From: Vermamoeba vermiformis
Taxonomy: Eukaryota
DNA length: 64,000 nt
Direction of reading: 5' to 3'
Assembly: GCA_045837725.1 (NCBI GenBank)
Contig: JBEWZL010000179.1
Span: 248,001 to 312,000, forward strand
Below the pieces are notes generated by a model that was not told where the DNA came from, ran no database searches, and saw nothing but the letters and a program-made list of their open reading frames with translations. Position 1 is the stretch's first letter; each line of letters opens with the position of its first letter. This document shows, piece by piece, positions 24,665 through 37,471 of this stretch. The position numbers and the translations under genes are program-made.

Positions 24665-25381
24665 ATGAAAGCAGATGCGATCAAGAGGTACCTCTGCTTC
24701 GGAGGGCTCATCGCCATTGCTATTCTCAGCTTTGTAGCGATGTTGATTATTGTGTTCGTAGAACCTTTTCAAAGCAATTTGCGATCTGAAGAAACAAGCT
24801 GTTTAATATTAAATAAGACTATAGAATACCAAAGTGATAATAATTCGCGGCTATTATTTTGGGTAAGATTGCATTATTTAATTAAGAATAGATGTGATTT
24901 CGTATTTTCCAAATATTATTCTTTCAAAAATATTAAGCAACAATCCCCTGACTTAATTTTTATTATTAATAATAATACCTAGGTATTATATTCTGTTCCT
25001 CCAGATCAGAATGAAACCTCGATCGCGTACTGGCCCAGCGACGGCACTTACGATCACGACAACAAAACAGCCTTTTACGAATCATACCAGGTACGATCAT
25101 ATTCATTTGCTTCGCTTCAATAACAACGAGTGCAGTGCAACAACAGTTACGTGTGCTACTTCGATCCAAGCCATCTGAACAGCGTTACACTCTCACTGCC
25201 GCATCGAACACTAGTGATAGTGGTACTAATCATTGCATCGGCGTGCATGGTGCTGATACCGATCACGATATGCATCTCTGCTTGCATACTCCGCGGTCGC
25301 AGTGGTGGTGTGACACTCGCGCGTGTGTCCGAAGAAGAGCGGCGCCGTGAACGCGTGCCCATTCTGAACGACCGAGACTAG
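24665..25381 (+). CDS. Small two-TM membrane protein with a Cys-containing, N-glycosylated loop, 3 exons
   Basis: TM1 GLIAIAILSFVAMLIIVFV; loop TSCLILNK...YVCYFDPSHLNSVTL; TM2 LVIVVLIIASACMVLIPITICI; introns 24863-24981 and ~25091-25135. Confidence 0.7.
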
Positions 25382-25434
25382 GCGCGGACGATGTAGTTAA
25401 TTGTATATAGACGTCAATAAGACAGCTTTGTTTA

Positions 25435-26273
25435 TTACGACAAGAAGGGCACTTCTTCGTTGAGGATGGTATGTGCGCGACCAGCAGTGACTTGCAGATA
25501 TTTGCACTGCACGATGAACTCCGCGACGAGTGCGGTGCTGAACGGCGCGAGATAGAACACGTGCACTTGATAGTCTTCAGCCCACTGCAACAGCTGCGGA
25601 GTGGTCAGTGACATTACCACACCGAGGGTCAGTCCTTACCACGGGCACCAAGTACAACAGCATGTAGAGTATGATCGTGAGGGGCAGTGTGATCAGCAGC
25701 GCGTAGTTGCGTATCATCCACACGCGATGTCCTGCTGCGTGTCAGTGAATTATAGTGCATAGGAGAGGCTGTGTAACGCACGCAGATATTGCCGCTGACG
25801 AATGCGAATGAAACCCATGAGACCTGCAAGGAGAGTGGCGAACAGTGTGAGTCCTACTGGCACCACCACTTGCGCATTGCCAAAGTGTTCTGGATGTGCC
25901 TGTTCGTATGGCAACAGAGCTGCGGCAGTGCTCAGTGAGAGCAGTTGTCCAATCAAATATGCTCGTCCTAGCCATCGGTGCAGCGAGGGCCACCTGTTTG
26001 AAAGTAAGTTGTTTCATAATTATTGGATTTCTTTTTGTTGTACCTTAACCGAAATCGATCTGAAAATTGTAGTGGACCAAATAGAGCACAATAACCTCCT
26101 AATAAGAGATGTACGTGTACAAGAATTTTTTGAGTTATATACGGAGCAGGATAGTTGGTCGCTGATCCATAGTAAAAGAACTCTGCGAGCGGAATGGCAG
26201 TCAACAACACTGCAACTAATACTGTGGCCGTGATTGCCGTTACGCGCAAGCACTCTCTACCGCGACATCGCAT
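25435..26273 (-). CDS. DUF2306-like multi-pass membrane protein, 3 exons
   Basis: HVHLLLG..GPLQFS..R|WPSLHRWLGRAY and HRAWMIRNY motifs. Confidence 0.7.
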
Positions 26274-26852
26274 TGCGAGTAATAGAGTTGTTCAATTCAA
26301 GTGCGTTAGCTAAAATGTTAAAATTTGAGCGCCAAGTGCTCAAATAACAGGATTATTCATCTCAGTTGCATAGATTAGTTTATACTGAAGAAATGAAGGA
26401 TAAATAATGAGCGGATAATTACGAATAAATTAATCTAGCTTAATTATGTAATTGACACGATTACTTAAAGCAACATCGTCACTCGGAATAACTTAGTGCT
26501 TTTGAGGCATCACATTCGCGTTATAGCTCTTTCAAGAAGTAATTAAATTGTATATTGTTGTTCGGAATTGGATTCGCAGCCGTTAAAGTTGGGTGTCTTG
26601 AAAGTGCTCGCCCGCACGTATTTTGAGACAATGAAGTTGATCATCTATTTCTATATGTCTCTTTGTTTAATTGTGCAACTCAAAATTGGGTGATACACAA
26701 ATTGTGAACGGGAGATTACAGCCGAGATAGAAAAAAAATTTATGCGACGAGACGGAAATTTATTTTTGTATTTCATTCTTGCTTGATTTACTGTTACTTC
26801 AATTCAACCCTTCACCCAGTCATTCTTGCTCAATTAGTTTTGGTATGCAATA

Positions 26853-29377
26853 ATGGCTACCGGTCTAGAGCAATGGAAACAAAAGGTAGACAATTTTGGT
26901 TCAGATTCAATAGAAAATTGAATTTTAATTCTTTATATTTACTCACGCTGTAAATTTTACAACTATATACTAACAGCATAATTTTGTGCAGGTCCGCGAG
27001 AAGTCCGCTAGCATTTTAAAAAATGTTCAGAAGATTTTGGGTTTTGTCAAAGATGGCACTTTTGATAAACTGAGCGAAGTTAGTGGCAGTACAGCCAAAT
27101 ATGCGAGTTCATTGATAGAATTAGTAACGGACGAGGTGTCCGAGTCAGATCCACAAGGCAAGAGCTTGATGGATGCAGTGAAAGATGCCAAAACAAGTCT
27201 GCTGGAAGTTATTCGCACAATTTCAGCGGTGACTGCGAGTCCCAGTGATGAGACGCAGAAAGAGAAGTTGAAGAGCGGTTGCAAACTCGTAGCTGAGCGC
27301 ATCAAGAAGCTCAACGATCTTATCAACGCTTTTCAGGGCGAAGAGAGAAAACCAGCAGTGGTGGCCAACACACCTGCCTCAACGACTGAGACCAAGCCCG
27401 TCAATGAGGCCTTGTTGAAGAAAGTTGAAGAACTCAAATCTGAAGGCAAAAAGGCCGTTGAAGCCTTGCGGGACGTCGAACAAGCGGTGCAAACACAAGA
27501 TCAATCGCGCCTAGTGTCAGCAGCACGTGTTCTCTCGGGCATGTCGCAGCTGCTCATCACTGTAGCGCGTGATAACAATTTGGCTACACTGGTAAATTTC
27601 CTTTCTTATTAACCTTTGCACCCACGAGACTAGGCACTAAATGATTATGGCAGGGCGACTCCTTCAAAGACAAAGTGCTGCAAGTGATCAACAAGGCCAA
27701 GGACGCCTTCAAGACCAAGACCGCTGAAATGCAAGCACAGCTGACCGAGGCCACGAAGAGCACTGAAGAGGTACTCAACTCCGTGATCACTGGACTCGAG
27801 AATGCTGCGCGCGGCACGACACCGAGCAGTCCTGCGAGCAGTTCACCTGCTGCCAGTCCCGTGCCTGCCCCGAAGAGCACCGTGATCAGCTCGAGCAACA
27901 ACACGAACACTGCACCCAAGCCCGACTCACCTGCCCCAGTCAAAAAAGAGGGCACCCCTAAATCTAAACGACCTCCTACTGGCGAGCCCTTGTCATCACG
28001 TGACTCGATCAAAATGTTGCAACAAGAGTTCTCGTCGCGTGATCCAGAAGAGGTGTTTGAAGTGATGGAAAAGCTCGGTGAGGGTGCTAGTGGTGCTGTA
28101 TATAAGGCCACGCACAAGGAGACTAAGCGTCTACTCGCTATCAAGAAGTACGTTGAAGCAAGCTAATTAGCATTCTAACCAAGATCTAATTTTTCGGCTT
28201 GTAGGATGAAAGTAGGTCTAAATAACGTCTCAGCAACAGTGAAAGAAATCAAAATTATGAAAGATTTGAACTGTCCTTGGGCTCTCAAATACTACGGCTG
28301 TTACAGAAAGGACGAGTTCATTTGGGTAAGTTACTCGTCTATTTTCATTTTGGTGCTTGAACTGAGCCTGATTGGCCGCAGATTATTATGGAGTACGCAG
28401 ATGCAGGCTCAGTACAAGATATCCTGGACGAGCGTGAAGATCAAGAGAAGGTGTTGAATGAAGAACAGATCGCATCCATTGCGCAACAGGTCCTCAAAGC
28501 CCTGCAGTACTTGCACTCGATGAAGAAGATTCACCGCGACATCAAAGCAGGCAACATTCTGCTCAACTCCAAGGGCATGGCCAAGCTCGCTGACTTTGGT
28601 ATCAGTGCGCAGATGGTGGGCGATGAGAAGCGTACCACGACTATTGGCTCGTCCTATTGGATGGCCCCTGAGACACTGATGGGCGGTGGCTACGACTCGC
28701 GCGCTGACATCTGGTCCCTCGGCATCACACTGCTCGAAATGGCTGAAGGTATTCCCCCTCTGATTGAAGAACAGCCGCACAAAGCAGTGTTCCGCATTGT
28801 AAATGACCCACCACCACGTCTGTCCAATCCCAAGGCGTGGAGTCCTGAATTCAACGACTTTATTGCCAACTGTCTCGTGAAGAACCCCGAGAAACGTCCT
28901 ACCAGCGACATTTTGTTGAAGGTGAGTAGCAGTGTGCTGGCGAGGGTGATTGCACGGTACTAACAGCGCTGTTCACAGCACCCCTTCTTGGAGAAAGCTA
29001 AAGTAGAGGCAGTGATGGAGCTGTTGAAGAACAAAATCAAAGAGAAGAAGAAGAAGAAGGAGAAGAAGTTGGACATTGAAGAGGGATTCTGCGTGCGCGT
29101 CACATTCGAACAAGAGAACAAGAATGTCGTGGTGCCGAGTCACGCCACTGCCGAGGACATTGTGAAGCGTTGTCAAGAGATGTTCAACTACACCAAAGCA
29201 GCCACGGAGTACAATCTCTACTTGCTGCCCGATGACACTGCCAAGAGCAAAGAAGTGCGCAAATTAGACCGCTACGACATTGCCTTCAAGCTAGTGGACA
29301 GCAAGAAGAAGAAGAAAGAGGACAAGAAGAAGAAGCCGGATGAGATGATGCCGCTCTTGCAACTGCAGATCAAGTAA
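26853..29377 (+). CDS. STE20/MST-family Ser/Thr kinase with N-terminal helical bundles and a C-terminal RA/ubiquitin-like domain, ~6 exons
   Basis: LGEGASGAVYKA, LAIKK, HRDIKAGNILL, DFG, YWMAPE; first exon MATGLEQWKQK. Confidence 0.9.
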
Positions 29378-29707
29378 TCTTTTCAATTGCAAAATAACTC
29401 CACCCCGCTCGTCTTTCTCCACCTTTGCTGCAATAACTTGTATATACGATAAGTCTCAAATAACGAGGCGCCATTATTGACAGCGAAGTGGATCTGGGAT
29501 CGATTGGGATTTCGTTTTTGTACTTCTACCATCATAAAACCTCGGATAACTTAAGCAATTGTGTTATAGTCTTTTGTGTCCTATGAATAGCGTATATTCG
29601 TGTCTTCTTGCGTCCTTTGGAACTGGCCGAAGAAAATTCAAAAAGTCAAAAACTATTAATATCAATCAGCCCCACACGATTGATACAGCACAACTAGGCC
29701 CATCACC

Positions 29708-32700
29708 ATGGCATACAATTCAATGGCCGAGGATCGCTTTGATGCTGACGACAAATGGGACCTAGACCCATTCGAAGACGATTCTTCTCGTAAGTCTCAA
29801 CACGCATTTATACTAATTAAATATAAAATAATTGTCATTAAGCTTATTGATTGCAGAATTTGAATTGCACGAGGAATAATATTATTTGTTGATAATTAAC
29901 ATTTTATTGGGTAGGTATTGCAGGAGATCAGAAGGTGATAGAAATGAAGGAATTTGTAGAAAAACACGCAGAAAAATTATATGATATCGAACAAACATTA
30001 GACGAGACATTAGGTGCGGAATGGGATGCAGATTCAGATCAGATCGGTTTGTTTATGCAACCGTACGAACAAGTATCGATGTTAGAATTGATTTCAACAC
30101 GAAATACGCTATTCAACAAAGTGATGGTCGTATTTGCATCACTATGCGAGGAGATTAACGTGCTCAAAGAACAAGTAAGCAGATCTGTCGTTGTAACGCG
30201 CGATATTAACGCAGGACATGACACTAGGCCAGTGCTAAATTCTATCCTGGTCTCACACTGTTCGGACAAGAGACGGCAGCACAAGATGCATCTGCTGGCG
30301 CAGAGAATGCAGAGGCCGTGCAGCTGTACAACAACGGTGTGAGCGAGGGTGACATCCAGATCCAGCTCGGCAAAATGTTGCCGTTCTTGCAAGAGCTCTA
30401 TCAATTCGTACAACGGTGCTACGACCTGTTGAAGAACACGATCAGACAGCTCGGAGCACTCTACGCCAAGGATCAGAAGTTGTATCAAACGAGCTTCAAA
30501 AATGTGCATCTGCGCACAGTGTTCGACCACGTGGGCGAGCTGTTGGTGATACTGATCACACTCGACGAGATCTTGACGCAGAACAGCGCACTGCCGATTG
30601 GCTGGGGCAGTTACAAGCGGTGAGTGCGGTACTGCTCGTTGTTGGCGAGCACTGATTGACACGTGTCATTTGCAGCATGATCAAGACGATCAAAAAAGAA
30701 CCTGCCAAATATGGCATGGACGAGCAGCAGTTGTATCAGTTCGAGAAGCTCATGTTTCAAATCAAGGGTCTGTTGCTCGAGGGCCTCATCTTTCAGAACG
30801 CGATTGAACAGGAGTTCGATGACGCGGGTGTCAGTGAAGTGCGCAGCAATGCCGTGTTCAAGCGCGAATTTCAGCTCAATCTCGAGGGCATCGTCGAGCT
30901 GGTGGCAGAGAAAGAGATCAGTCTCGACGACAATCTGCGCAAGAAGTACATTGCGGCGTGTGGACTGTTCGCGCTGTTCTACACACTGTTCGCGAGTGAG
31001 AAGAACAACGCCAAGCTCGCCAAGACACTGTGGGAGCTGCAAAAAGAATTCCCCATCGTGCACTTGTTGGGCCCTGTCACGTGGAGTCCCGCCAACTTCC
31101 TCACCAAGTGTGTGCCGCAGCTGCTGAAACAGATCAAAGCGCAGCGACTCGATGCACAGCGCCTGCAGTACTTGGCGGCACTCGACAAGGAGTTTGCAGC
31201 ACGCGTGCGCATGTTTTATTTGCGCATCAACAAGTGGCTGGTGCAAATGAACTCTGATTGCAATCCACAGACTCGCCTGGCCCTGCTCTTGAAGGTACGT
31301 GTGTGTAGCAGCACACCACTGTATTGACGCGCGTTGTATAGGGCCTCACACTCGCACAACGCATCTCCACGCTGTTCAAGACAGTGCTCTACTTGCACAC
31401 CGAGACTGCACAGGCCATCAAAGCCACCATGATTCTGCCGCTCTTCCAGTGCGTGGAGCTGCTCAAAGCGATCCATGCTTGCGTGCACAGTCGCGCCACA
31501 CTCATCTCCGCAGCAGTGCCCAAATTGATCCGTGCCCTGGCGCACACAGCGGGCACGAAGCTCGCACGTGCCAAGCAACAGCGCGAGAGTTCAGGTCAGA
31601 AATTGACACCTGCCCTGCTCGATCAGATTGCTGCCCTGCACGCTGCCCTGCAAGCACTCAATGGCCCCGGCAGTTCCGGACGCTTGCTCGTAGCGCGCTT
31701 GAGTGCAGCCCTGTTGCCGCAAGAAGAAGTGGCGTGGCTGTGGCCGGCACTGTTGCGCATTGAGACCCTGGCCAAGTTCGGCCCCTCACTGCTCGCAGCC
31801 ACGGACTGCTCGTTCTTGTTCTACTCCAAAGACCTCATTGGGGCCTATCTGCGCGTCATCTATCAACAGCCGCAGCTCGTGGACAAATTGCCGGTAAGTG
31901 ACGCCGAGTACTCGCGTGAATGTGCACGCACTCGCTGCAGTACCAATTATATGTAGCACTACTGACCTAGTATGCAGTACCTCATGGCAGCACTGCGCGA
32001 CATTGTGCCCGTGTTCTACCGCTCAGTGCACGTGCCACCCAAAGTGTTCTTGGACAGCTTCAAGAAAGAGGTTGAAACGCTGCTGCACGAAGAGCTGGTG
32101 GAGAAGTTGTGTCGCGAGATTGAAACAGATCTGCGTCTGCACGTGCACAACAAGACCGCGGAGGTGAATCACTTCAATCCCTTCAAGAACGGCATCAGAG
32201 ATCTCTCGCGCTTCTTGAATCTCAAGCCCTTGCGCTTCTACGACATGAATCTGAACATCAAAGCACGTGTCAGCCACTACCTCGACACGACCTTCTACGA
32301 TGTGAATGCAGTGGCGCTGTTTGACTGGCAGAAGTACGGTGAAATGCGCAATCTGGCGCGCGAGAAGTACGCGCTCAATCTGGCCGAGGTGCACTTGCCT
32401 GGCCAGACACTGGAACAGGGCCTCGATGTGCTGGTGATCATGCGCAACATTCACACCTTTGTCACGCGCTACAACTACAATATGAACAATCAGATCTTCA
32501 TCGAACAGCAGTCCGCGGACAACAAGACGCTGAACACGATCAACATTCAGCACATTGCCAACAGCATTCGCACGCACGGCATTGGCATGATGAACACCAC
32601 CGTCAACTTCACCTTCCAGTTCTTGAAGCAGAAGTTCAAGACCTTCTCGCAGTTCTTGTTCGACGACATTATCAAGTCGCGGCTGTTCAAAGACGTGCGC

Positions 32701-33535
32701 TATTTCACCGAACAGAAAGAAGCGCTCGACAGTCGCTATCCAGTGGATCGCGCGGAGAAGTTCATTCGTGATCTGCGCAAGCTGGGCCTCACCGAGGACA
32801 AGATGACCTTTTTGGACAAGTTCCGCACCCTCATCACCGAGATTGGCAATGCGATGGGATTTGTGCGCATGATCCGCAGTGGAGGACTGTTGTACACGAG
32901 CAACACGGTCAAGTTCGTGCCAGATCTGCAGAACATTGAGAAGTTCGAAGAGTTGTGCAAGAAGGACCAGCTCAGCGCTGAGACTGCCGAGTCCGCGAAG
33001 AACTTGGATCTGGTCATTGAAACACTGACGCGCAACTTCGCGGAGGGCACGGAGTACTTCAAGATGTTGGTCTCCGTGTTTCAGAGTGGATTCCGCAGTC
33101 CAGCCAACATGCACTTGAAGAACTTCTATGCCATTGTACCACCCCTGACGCTGAACTACGTGGATCACATGTTGGTGAGCAAAGAGAAGTTCAGCAAGAA
33201 AGGCAAGGGTGAGGGTGTGTTCACGGACGATGGATTCGCCATGGGTAAGTAGCGTCAATGCGTAGTCGTAGCAAGCACCACTGATCTGTGTGGCAGGTGT
33301 GGCGTACATCCTCAAGCTGCTGGATCAGACCAAAGACTTTGCCGCGCTGCACTGGTTTGACTCGGTGATGAACAAGTACCGTCTGCAAGAGAAAGAGGTG
33401 CAAGAGAAGAAAGACAATCAGGACATTAAGACCTTGCAGCTCACTGTAAAGAAGTTAAAGGGCTTCAGAGAGGAGTTTGAACTGTTGCACTATTCGATGA
33501 CCAGTGCGCAGATCTTCTTCCAGTACGAAGACTAA
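29708..33535 (+). CDS. WASHC4: WASH complex subunit 4 (SWIP/WASH-7), multi-exon
   Basis: HLPGQTLEQGLDVLVIMRNIH, HIANSIRTHGIG, IGNAMGFVRMIRSGG, FTDDGFAMG|VAYILKLL. Confidence 0.95.
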
Positions 33536-33730
33536 GTGTATTTTGTGCATAATAATAGATTGAATATTTCCCATCATCTGTCATAATTTGATCGTAGTTA
33601 TGATCCTCCGCCCGTACGTTTGACTGAAATTTCACTAACAAAAAATTGGCCAAACGGACAAATCACCTGTGAGTTTAGCAAATCTGCACATTATTATAAT
33701 CCTTAGTATTAGTAGCACCACACAACAACC

Positions 33731-35051
33731 ATGGTACGTCAAGAAATACCAGTATCGGACAACTCTCCGAAGCTACAATCAAACCGAATTATATAAAAGG
33801 AATTCGTCATAATTTCTTTTACAATATCGCCAATTGAATATCGCAAAATACCGAAAAATTACTAATTTTTTGTTTAGAGCAACGAACGAAAACCTGGATT
33901 CCTCCGAAGTCTTACTGAAAAGCTTGTCGCTGGCGCTATTGCTGGCATTACAGGCACTTGTGTTATGTTTCCACTTGACTTAGTGAAAACGAGACTCCAA
34001 TCACAGAAACCGCTAGCAAACGGTAATTAAATTTCAGATTTCGGAACGGCAAAGGAGTTTAAAAAAAAAATACAAATAATTAATGATAAGAAAACTTGCA
34101 CTTGCGAGTAATGGCGATGCATTTCTAGTGAAATACAACGGGAATACTAATTATCCCAATTTTTCAGGCGAGTTGCCGTACAAGGGCATGGTGGACTGTT
34201 TCCGCAAGACATACGCTGAGGGTGGTGTGAAGGGCATGTACCGCGGTCTGGGTCCTAATTTGATCGGCATCACTCCGGAGAAGGCTATCAAGCTCGGAGG
34301 TAAGTGATACGCAGCATCGAGAGCTGTGCGCTGACAGTTGTGTTTCAGTGAACGACTTTGTGTTGGAGCGATTCCGTCGCAAGACAGGCAAGGGCACGAA
34401 CACTCCCTTCGAACTGGCCACTGCTGGTGCGACAGCGGGTCTGTGTCAGGTACGTGCTTAATTCGTGCGGCACTCATCACTCACTCTTGCGCAGTTCGTG
34501 GCGACCAATCCGATGGAAATTGTCAAAATTCGCATGCAAATGCAAAGCAAGACTGACGGCGTCAAGCTGTCAGGTGGTCAAATCGTGCGTGAATTGGGTC
34601 TGCGCGGTCTGTACACTGGTGGCAAGGCTACACTGATGCGCGACATTCCGTTCTCGATTCTGTACTTTGGTCTGTACGGCTACATCAAGCAGAAGATGAC
34701 CGACGAGAATGGTTTCATCCCCACGTGGAAGGTGTTCGTCGCGTCATGCACTGCGGGCACGATTGCTTCGTCCAGTGTCACTCCTGCTGACGTCATCAAA
34801 ACGCGTCTGCAAGTTAAAGTCCCTGAGGGTCAATTGCCCTACAAGGGTGTCGTTGACTGCTTCTCGCGCACGGTGAAGAATGAAGGCTATGCTGCCTTGT
34901 TCAAGGGAGTTGTACCTCGTGTCATGGTTATTTCTCCGCTCTTCGGTAAGTATTAACCTCAGTTTTCAATTGCTGGATCTAACAACGCTTAGGTATTGCT
35001 TTGGCTGTATTTGAGGTCCAAAAGAAGATTCTTGCCAAGCTGGATATTTAA
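33731..35051 (+). CDS. Mitochondrial carrier, glutamate-carrier-like (SLC25A22/18 or AGC type), ~6 exons
   Basis: Three signature motifs [38 protein letters not shown] and RDIPFS contact points; first coding exon is the ATG alone. Confidence 0.9.
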
Positions 35052-35204
35052 TTTGTACTGCCTTAATGCATTTCATAAATTATTTATTACTAGCACGTGA
35101 TATTTCCTTTTAAGGCAATAACGCGTACTGGAGTTGAATGTCGAAGAAGTTTCATTCAATTTCATCAGTTTACGCTCCACAACAGCACAACAACAGTTGC
35201 AGCA

Positions 35205-37388
35205 ATGGTACGAAAGAATATTGACGCCACTACTAACGTCAAAACAGGATCCGTTGACAGATCTCGTTCGACTTGTAATAGCCTCAAACAAAGAGCATAT
35301 AACAGAAATTGAATCGTTTCGCTCAAAAGAGGTTGATCAGGTTCGAATACTAATCAACTTAGATGTTATGAACCTTGTAGACACACATTGTAAGCCAGTA
35401 CAATTTAACCAATTTAATGTTAATCGCAGCTCAGATAGCCTGGCTCATTGGTTGCTGACGGAGCCCTCTCGTCTGTTGTCTTTGGAACAGGCTGTCAGAA
35501 GGATAGTCCTTCAGCAGTATATTGCCAAGTCCTTGCCATTCAACATTATGCTGCGCTGCTCTCATGTGCTGCCGAGTGCTGCACTGCTCACTGGTCGCGT
35601 ACTGGCGGTGTACAGCGAGTCGAATGAGAGGTACGAGATGTACTATGTGCCTCATCTATTAAACAGTGCTAGTCTGGTGAATTACACTCGCTGCAAGCGA
35701 ATCACGTGTCAACAACTACACGTGCTGCGCGACTACTGCAGCTGTTGCGGACACGAGTGCGCTGCTGACGACAGTACACGTGCATTGGTGCGCACTCGCG
35801 AGGTGTTGGTGGTACCTGACGGAGCACAGTTCCGACAAGTGTTTGTGCGACTACAAGGTGAGTCCTCGAGCACTAGTACACTAATGGCGGACTCATCATG
35901 CGTGCAGAGGAGCTGATTGATCACGTGACACTCGGAGATCACGTGCGCTTGTACGGCTATCAGTGCGCTGATCGCAGGTACGTGGCCTGCTATGCTCGAG
36001 CAATAGGCGCACCCTCGCAGGCCCCGTTGAGTAGTACGCGACCGAGTGCAGCGAGTGAAGAAGAGCACTTGCAACAGCTGATTGCCGTGCAGCATTTGTG
36101 CGCGCGGGTACACAGTCCATTCAGCTCGCAGGACACGCGACTGCACAAATTGAAGCTGTCACTCATGCTGCAGTGAGTACACCCATAGTTATATATGGGA
36201 TTGGTGCTGACAGTCACAGGGCACTGAGCATCCACAGCGCACAACCACTGCACATTGCCGTGCTGACCAATGACACGCAACTCGTGCAGCGCGTCATTCA
36301 ACACCTCTGCGCGCACCTCAATGTCTTTCACAACAGTCAGCGAGAGAGACTGTTGCCCGCATTCAAGCTCATCAGTGCTGAGGCGAAGAGTTGGTGCTTG
36401 GAAGGTACTGCACTAGCTCAGTCGCGCTCTTATTAACTCCGGCATCCACAGCTGGCCTCGTCAATTTGTCGCGCGACAGTGTGCTGCTGATTCACTCCGC
36501 GGAAGAGTTGAGCAAGAAAGAACTGTTCGGCCTCAAGCAAGTGGTGAGCAGAGGTGTCATGTGTAAGTATCCTAATTAGGCAATGTCCGTGTCTAAACAC
36601 AGCAGCACTCGGCAAAGATGACGTGCAGTTGACGGTGCCGTGTCCTGTCTCATTGCTGGCCCTGTTCGAAGAGTACTGCAACAAGACTGAGGTGCGTGCC
36701 TCGAGATATGTGTGCTCCTATTCTAACACTAATCCTATTCTAACACTAATCCTATTCTAACACGAAAACAGCGCTTCAAAGAGGCCGTGGACCCGTTTGA
36801 CCTCGTGTTTGACTTGCGCGACTTGTCGGTGTCAGTGCAGTACTTGTTGGACTGCACGCACGAGCGGAGCACTGACACGACGTGCAGTCAAGCAGTGTGC
36901 AATGCTGAGGCACAGCTGCTGCTCAAATCCTACTACCTCACCAATCGTCGAGTGCGTGGTGCCAGCATGTAAGTGACACGTGTCACACATTGGTTGCTGA
37001 TGGTTGTTCAGTGAACGACTTGACTTCCCGTTGCACGTTATGGAGACCCTGCAGAAGCTCACGCTGCTGAGTGCGGTAAGCAGACCAGTGCCGTGCAGTG
37101 CAGTGCTGACGACGAACAGCGGTTACGAGGCAGTGCAGAGGGCACAGTGAGCGATGCACTGTTGGCGATTGAACTCGTGGAGGAGACACTCGTCGTCAAG
37201 TACGGCACGAGTCTGCTGGGCTTCAAGCACAACCGCCGCAACATCCTGTCGTACCACCATCACGTAAGTCACGCGCAGTGTCAGCCTTGTACTCACGACC
37301 ACAGCTGAGCACGGCGTACAAAGAGTTCAGTCGACATCTGCAAGTGTTCTGCGAGGCACATTTAGGGCTAGTTAACTTTGAGGAGTGA
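35205..37388 (+). CDS. MCMDC2: MCM domain-containing protein 2 (catalytically degenerate, meiotic MCM-like), multi-exon
   Basis: Hand-spliced M|DPLTDLVR..RILINL; PLHIAVL; EAQLLLKSYYLTNRRVR; DALLAIELVEETLVVKYG; no intact Walker A/B seen. Confidence 0.7.
36717..36763 (+). repeat. 17-bp tandem repeat (CCTATTCTAACACTAAT) x~2.7 in an intron, duplicating the branch-point motif
   Basis: Directly visible in the sequence. Confidence 0.85.
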
Positions 37389-37471
37389 AGGGGCATTGGT
37401 TGTAACGATTATCAGCCTAGAGTTAGTGACGCGTGTGCGTATTAACAAAGTGTTTACTTGACGAGTGCAGT

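Noticed and set aside
32023-33315. Long antisense ORFs (430 aa here; also 4409-5431, 15877-16629, 56131-57027)
   Set aside because: They are shadows of sense genes with biased codon usage or low-complexity sequence and show no recognisable motifs.
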